Below are positions 16,896-20,000 of a stretch of 20,000 bases of DNA, piece after piece. Position numbers and translations under genes: made by a program. Location: positions 58,563 through 78,562 of the IMG/VR virus record IMGVR_UViG_3300020438_000023. One strand, written 5' to 3'. The notes beneath the pieces are model-generated. The model saw nothing but the letters and a program-made list of their open reading frames with translations, did not search any database and had not been told where the DNA came from. How positions within the stretch are numbered: the stretch's first letter is position 1; the number at the start of each line of letters is the position of its first letter. This DNA is from an uncultured virus (IMG/VR IMGVR_UViG_3300020438_000023) (taxonomy: Duplodnaviria > Heunggongvirae > Uroviricota > Caudoviricetes > Kyanoviridae).

Positions 16896-17330
16896 TTACC
16901 CTATAATCTCTGTTAAAAGTATTCCATCAAGGTGATCAATCTCATGCTGTAGCACTCTCGCATTGAATCCACTTATACTCTCTATATGAGGCATACCTTT
17001 AGTATCTCTCCATTTCAATTTAATTGTTTTTGGTCTATCTACCTTTTCAAATATCTTCGGAATAGATAAACATCCTTCATTCATAATAATCTTTTCTTCG
17101 CTATATTCAAGCACCTCAGGGTTAATGTATATACCTTCTTCAGTAACAACAATTCTCTTCAATATACCTATCTGAGGAGCACTCAAACCAGCAGCGAATT
17201 GTTCTTCCATAATATCAACAAGTTTAACACATATACTTCTAATACTATCATCTATGTTATTCACTCTTTTACTTTTTTGTTTGAGAATCTTTAGGTCTTC
17301 TCTATCATAGATTGTAAGGATTCTGGACAT
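16896..17330 (-). CDS. def: Peptide deformylase (phage AMG, short C-terminus)
   Basis: All three PDF motifs are present: GLSAPQIG, EGCLS and QHEIDHLDG; 144 aa. Confidence 0.95.
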   Translation of the reverse strand: MSRILTIYDREDLKILKQKSKRVNNIDDSIRSICVKLVDIMEEQFAAGLSAPQIGILKRIVVTEEGIYINPEVLEYSEEKIIMNEGCLSIPKIFEKVDRPKTIKLKWRDTKGMPHIESISGFNARVLQHEIDHLDGILLTEIIG

Positions 17331-17503
17331 TGTTTTATATCTCCCCAGTGTCTGATTGTATTACTTATAATAAACATATTTGTGATGAGGTAACTAACAA
17401 AGAGGAAAGTACGAACGAATACAATATAATCATCATAAGGTTTAGTTTTCTCATCACTGAAGCTTCCTAATGAATACTTCCATATCTCCCAATACTTTTT
17501 CAT
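17291..17503 (-). CDS. Small membrane hypothetical protein (70 aa)
   Basis: WKYSLGSFSD motif followed by one hydrophobic segment; the 3' end overlaps the def start by 40 nt. Confidence 0.7.
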   Translation of the reverse strand: MKKYWEIWKYSLGSFSDEKTKPYDDYIVFVRTFLFVSYLITNMFIISNTIRHWGDIKQCPESLQSMIEKT

Positions 17504-17514
17504 TATTGATATCT

Positions 17515-17661
17515 TTAATGTGGGACGATTTCTATTTCTTTTGCACCAGTTTCTTTAATATACTTCTCCCAGAAAATAGCATCTTCTACCTTATAAAACA
17601 TTGCGCTTCGTTTGGAATAACCTTTCTTTTTTTGATGTTGATAACGTACTTCAAATTTCAT
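17515..17661 (-). CDS. Small hypothetical protein (48 aa), not in ORF track
   Basis: MKFEVRYQHQKKKGYSKRSAMFYKVEDAIFWEKYIKETGAKEIEIVPH*; ATGA overlap with the upstream gene's stop. Confidence 0.75.
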   Translation of the reverse strand: MKFEVRYQHQKKKGYSKRSAMFYKVEDAIFWEKYIKETGAKEIEIVPH

Positions 17662-18137
17662 GCTGATTGTGATTGTTTGTGGAAAATAAATTCTTGTCCT
17701 TGAGTCTTACCCCAAAGAAGTTCATTCGATACTGAATCAAACCCTGCATCTCTTGAATGATACTCTATACCATTAAATGCAATGTAAGTATTCACATATT
17801 GTCCCTTATTAATTAACTCATACCTCTGATTATTTGCGACCCACCAACCATTTATGATTTCACGACTAAACAACATCTCACAAGGGTGTTTTGGGTCATC
17901 ATCAGTATATGTAAGCATCAAAATTTTACCGCCGGAACCCTCACTCAATTCATGCAAATTTGTTCGATATGCACTCCCAGGACCATAAACTGTATGATAA
18001 CTATGAGATTTAATCAAATCATCTTCGACCCAATATGATACTGTAATATACGCAAAATCATGGGGATTAGAATATGCTTGGAAACGATTGTGATATGTTC
18101 CTAATAACTGTTCTTTGAAATCATCGAGACTTAACAT
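17658..18137 (-). CDS. cpeT: CpeT/CpcT-type phycobiliprotein (bilin) lyase-like protein
   Basis: L.G.Y.N..QA...P..F..I N-terminus, YR motif, and C-terminal Y.S.D.GFD......WG.....F.F.K, characteristic of T-type lyases. Confidence 0.8.
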   Translation of the reverse strand: MLSLDDFKEQLLGTYHNRFQAYSNPHDFAYITVSYWVEDDLIKSHSYHTVYGPGSAYRTNLHELSEGSGGKILMLTYTDDDPKHPCEMLFSREIINGWWVANNQRYELINKGQYVNTYIAFNGIEYHSRDAGFDSVSNELLWGKTQGQEFIFHKQSQSA

Positions 18138-18351
18138 ACTCTAACTCCTCCCAAGCCCATGGATAACAACATACTAAACAATGAACTTTCTTATGTTTTT
18201 CAACCTTTGTATACTTACATTGTGGTTTTTCTTTTACAAATATTTCAATCGTTATGTAATTAGTATCTACAAAATAGACCCATCCTTCGATGAGTCCTGT
18301 CGAACTATTCCATTTTACATAATCATTAACCTTCGGCTGATAACGGGTCAT
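18121..18351 (-). CDS. Hypothetical protein (76 aa, MTRYQPKVNDYVKW...)
   Basis: Start moved to the ATG at 18351 to reduce the long overlap with the upstream ORF. Cys/His-rich C-terminal half. Confidence 0.75.
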   Translation of the reverse strand: MTRYQPKVNDYVKWNSSTGLIEGWVYFVDTNYITIEIFVKEKPQCKYTKVEKHKKVHCLVCCYPWAWEELEYVKSR

Positions 18352-18559
18352 CGGGAACACAAATAAAGGAACAATCTGGGTACAATTCTTGTGCAATGTA
18401 TTGAGCAAGATGCTGAGTCGGAGAAATAACATCAACCGAAACCTGTAATGAATTTATATCATCAGGTCCAGTGGGTTTAATCGGAATTTCTAACTGAACT
18501 CTCCAAACATGTCCCTTTCTTAAATGATGATTAAAATCACAATGTATATCAGCACTCAT
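18326..18559 (-). CDS. Hypothetical protein (77 aa)
   Basis: ORF with ATGA overlap to the upstream gene. Confidence 0.75.
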   Translation of the reverse strand: MSADIHCDFNHHLRKGHVWRVQLEIPIKPTGPDDINSLQVSVDVISPTQHLAQYIAQELYPDCSFICVPDDPLSAEG

Positions 18560-18795
18560 GTCGTAAATTCTTCTACAATTGTTGACTCAACTTCTTCCGC
18601 AAGTGCAAATGTTCGTGCTTTCATGATATTCTCACGAAGTCGATTGTAACACTGTTCATTAAATCCTTCATCCTGTGTAACAATCAAATCAAAACATTCA
18701 TTATCACTCTCAGCAATAACATTCCAGATTCCACCATATTCAGATGAAGGAAAAGAAACGAAGTGATCAACAATGTAGAAAAATTTCTGAGTCAT
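18556..18795 (-). CDS. Hypothetical protein (79 aa)
   Basis: ORF with GGAGG upstream, first gene behind the promoter at 18819-18847. Confidence 0.8.
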   Translation of the reverse strand: MTQKFFYIVDHFVSFPSSEYGGIWNVIAESDNECFDLIVTQDEGFNEQCYNRLRENIMKARTFALAEEVESTIVEEFTT

Positions 18796-18818
18796 CGGTT
18801 TGTGTAGATTACCTCCAA

Positions 18819-18847
18819 AGTTTAGTCAAAAATGAATAGAAAGTCAA
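18819..18847 (-). promoter_or_regulatory. Sigma70-like promoter for the cpeT-def gene cluster
   Basis: TTGACT-17nt-TAAACT; the -35 overlaps the upstream gene's stop codon. Confidence 0.7.
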
Positions 18848-19005
18848 GGACAATCAGGATGATGTGTGAATTGTTTGCAAATCATTTCATTGCGCTCTTT
18901 TAACACATTCAACAATTTTGTGTCCCTTTCTGCTAACCAACTCCCATACATTGATGCACATATTACACCAATTGTAACCCAAAATAGGTACTTAACGATA
19001 ATCAT
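18844..19005 (-). CDS. Small membrane-anchored protein ending HPDCP (53 aa), not in ORF track
   Basis: MIIVKYLFWVTIGVICASMYGSWLAERDTKLLNVLKERNEMICKQFTHHPDCP*; ATGA overlap with the upstream gene. Confidence 0.7.
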   Translation of the reverse strand: MIIVKYLFWVTIGVICASMYGSWLAERDTKLLNVLKERNEMICKQFTHHPDCP

Positions 19006-19130
19006 GAGCAGTAAAACTCCGCAAGATAGTAATCAACAGTTACCTCATACTTTTCTGCTTCAGATTCAACCTCTTTCCAAAATTCTTCGGTGAGTTGTTC
19101 GTTACGCATCATTTCGTCTGGAGTAAACAT
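19002..19130 (-). CDS. Small acidic protein (42 aa), not in ORF track
   Basis: MFTPDEMMRNEQLTEEFWKEVESEAEKYEVTVDYYLAEFYCS*; AGGA SD. Confidence 0.75.
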   Translation of the reverse strand: MFTPDEMMRNEQLTEEFWKEVESEAEKYEVTVDYYLAEFYCS

Positions 19131-19177
19131 TTTTGTTCCTGATTTAGTTAAGATTGAGAGTTAGTTAGTGAGTACAA

Positions 19178-19600
19178 TTAGCAGACAAGTGCTCCATTGG
19201 GGATTTCAACAATTTCAGGATCTTTATCATCAAATTCATTCATATTGTAACATACCCATGCACCATCACGGAAAATATATGCAAACTCTTCATTGTTATT
19301 CTTGTTAACATATTCATTCATCGACATCAAACTAGGAGGGCAATTCTCACCGCGCTCAGAATAGTATTGAGGACCGTATTCTGCTTTCTTTTCAATCTTA
19401 CCATCAGAATTGCGAAAATGATCATCAGTCCAGCAGACTGACATATCACCGCCATCAATCAATTCAGATGCTTTACTCTTGCTGTTGTAATGTGTCTTCA
19501 AAATACGACCCAACCACTCAGGATAGCCGTCCCAATGATGATAAACAGAAAGGATAGATTCGTCAGCGAGTTGAATACCGATGCGTGAACGTGTGCCCAT
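19178..19600 (-). CDS. Phage hypothetical protein (MGTRSRIG / YxHWDGYP type)
   Basis: 140 aa with a motif recurrent among phage early proteins; function unknown. Confidence 0.88.
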   Translation of the reverse strand: MGTRSRIGIQLADESILSVYHHWDGYPEWLGRILKTHYNSKSKASELIDGGDMSVCWTDDHFRNSDGKIEKKAEYGPQYYSERGENCPPSLMSMNEYVNKNNNEEFAYIFRDGAWVCYNMNEFDDKDPEIVEIPNGALVC

Positions 19601-19645
19601 GATAATTAAGAAAGGTTGGATGATTGAACAGAAATTAGATAATAA

Positions 19646-19798
19646 TTAACCTCCAAACATGTCGTCGAATAGTTGTTGTCCAGAACGCTCATCATTCTCG
19701 TACTTCTTTGCATATTGCGCCATGCGTTCTAGTGCTTCAGAGCGAGAGATTGATTCGGGGAAGAAATACTCACGGCCTGATGGAGTTGTGTAGCGCAT
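19646..19798 (-). CDS. Small hypothetical protein (50 aa), not in ORF track
   Basis: MRYTTPSGREYFFPESISRSEALERMAQYAKKYENDERSGQQLFDDMFGG*, first gene after an early promoter. Confidence 0.75.
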   Translation of the reverse strand: MRYTTPSGREYFFPESISRSEALERMAQYAKKYENDERSGQQLFDDMFGG

Positions 19799-19822
19799 TG
19801 GGTTCGTTTCTTTGACTCTTTA

Positions 19823-19880
19823 ATAATACACGAAAACGGGATCAGATCAACCAATAATGGCCACCTTGTAGACCGTCACA
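19823..19880 (-). promoter_or_regulatory. Early promoter with upstream bipartite motif
   Basis: TGTGACGGT-N6-GGTGGCCA, then TTGATC-16nt-TATTAT. Confidence 0.75.
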
Positions 19881-19899
19881 TCGTAAGAATTGATCATAA

Positions 19900-20000
19900 T
19901 TAAGAAAAAAGAGGAGTTACAGTGTGTCGCTTGCAATCGCGATTGCCGACATACTTATCAACCCACCGAACTAATCGGTCATTCTGTGCCATAATACCCT
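19900..20000 (-). CDS. 3' end of a hypothetical protein (start probably outside window)
   Basis: Open frame ...GIMAQNDRLVRWVDKYVGNRDCKRHTVTPLFS* ending at TAA 19900-19902. Confidence 0.55.
   Translation of the reverse strand, partial: GIMAQNDRLVRWVDKYVGNRDCKRHTVTPLFS

Noticed and set aside
17678..17686. A third TTTTCCACA match (minus strand)
   Set aside because: It is isolated and lies within cpeT codons (IFHK), so it is likely chance. It also shows that a single 9-mer match is weak evidence.
17470..19093. Plus-strand ORFs at 17470, 18181 and 18866, and the 18352-18435 extension
   Set aside because: They are shadows or overlaps of translationally coupled minus-strand genes.
1..20000. CRISPR array, tRNA, intron/intein, IS or diversity-generating retroelement
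   Set aside because: By eye I saw no regular repeat-spacer array, cloverleaf, splice motifs, transposase or reverse transcriptase.

Overview
This window is a segment of a T4-like cyanomyovirus (Synechococcus/Prochlorococcus-type phage), and essentially all real genes lie on the minus strand. The left ~12.4 kb is a baseplate module: gp25, gp6, and a giant gp7/VrlC-like wedge protein of at least 3352 aa that runs off the window and is missing from the ORF track. Positions 12.4-14.7 kb hold small phage genes and a GT-A glycosyltransferase-like gene, with T4-type late-promoter motifs. The right ~5 kb is an early/accessory region of short ORFs containing two auxiliary metabolic genes (peptide deformylase and a CpeT/CpcT-type bilin lyase), an orphan PD-(D/E)xK-like nuclease, sigma70-like promoters and three copies of a bipartite palindromic promoter motif. 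The least explained feature is a non-coding element at ~16.66-16.90 kb. It consists of the only clear plus-strand promoter I found, a hairpin-forming transcript, two tandem cyanobacterial-type DnaA boxes and a phased T-tract AT-rich stretch, and it looks like a candidate replication origin or ncRNA. All family assignments come from motif recognition by eye; no database search was run.
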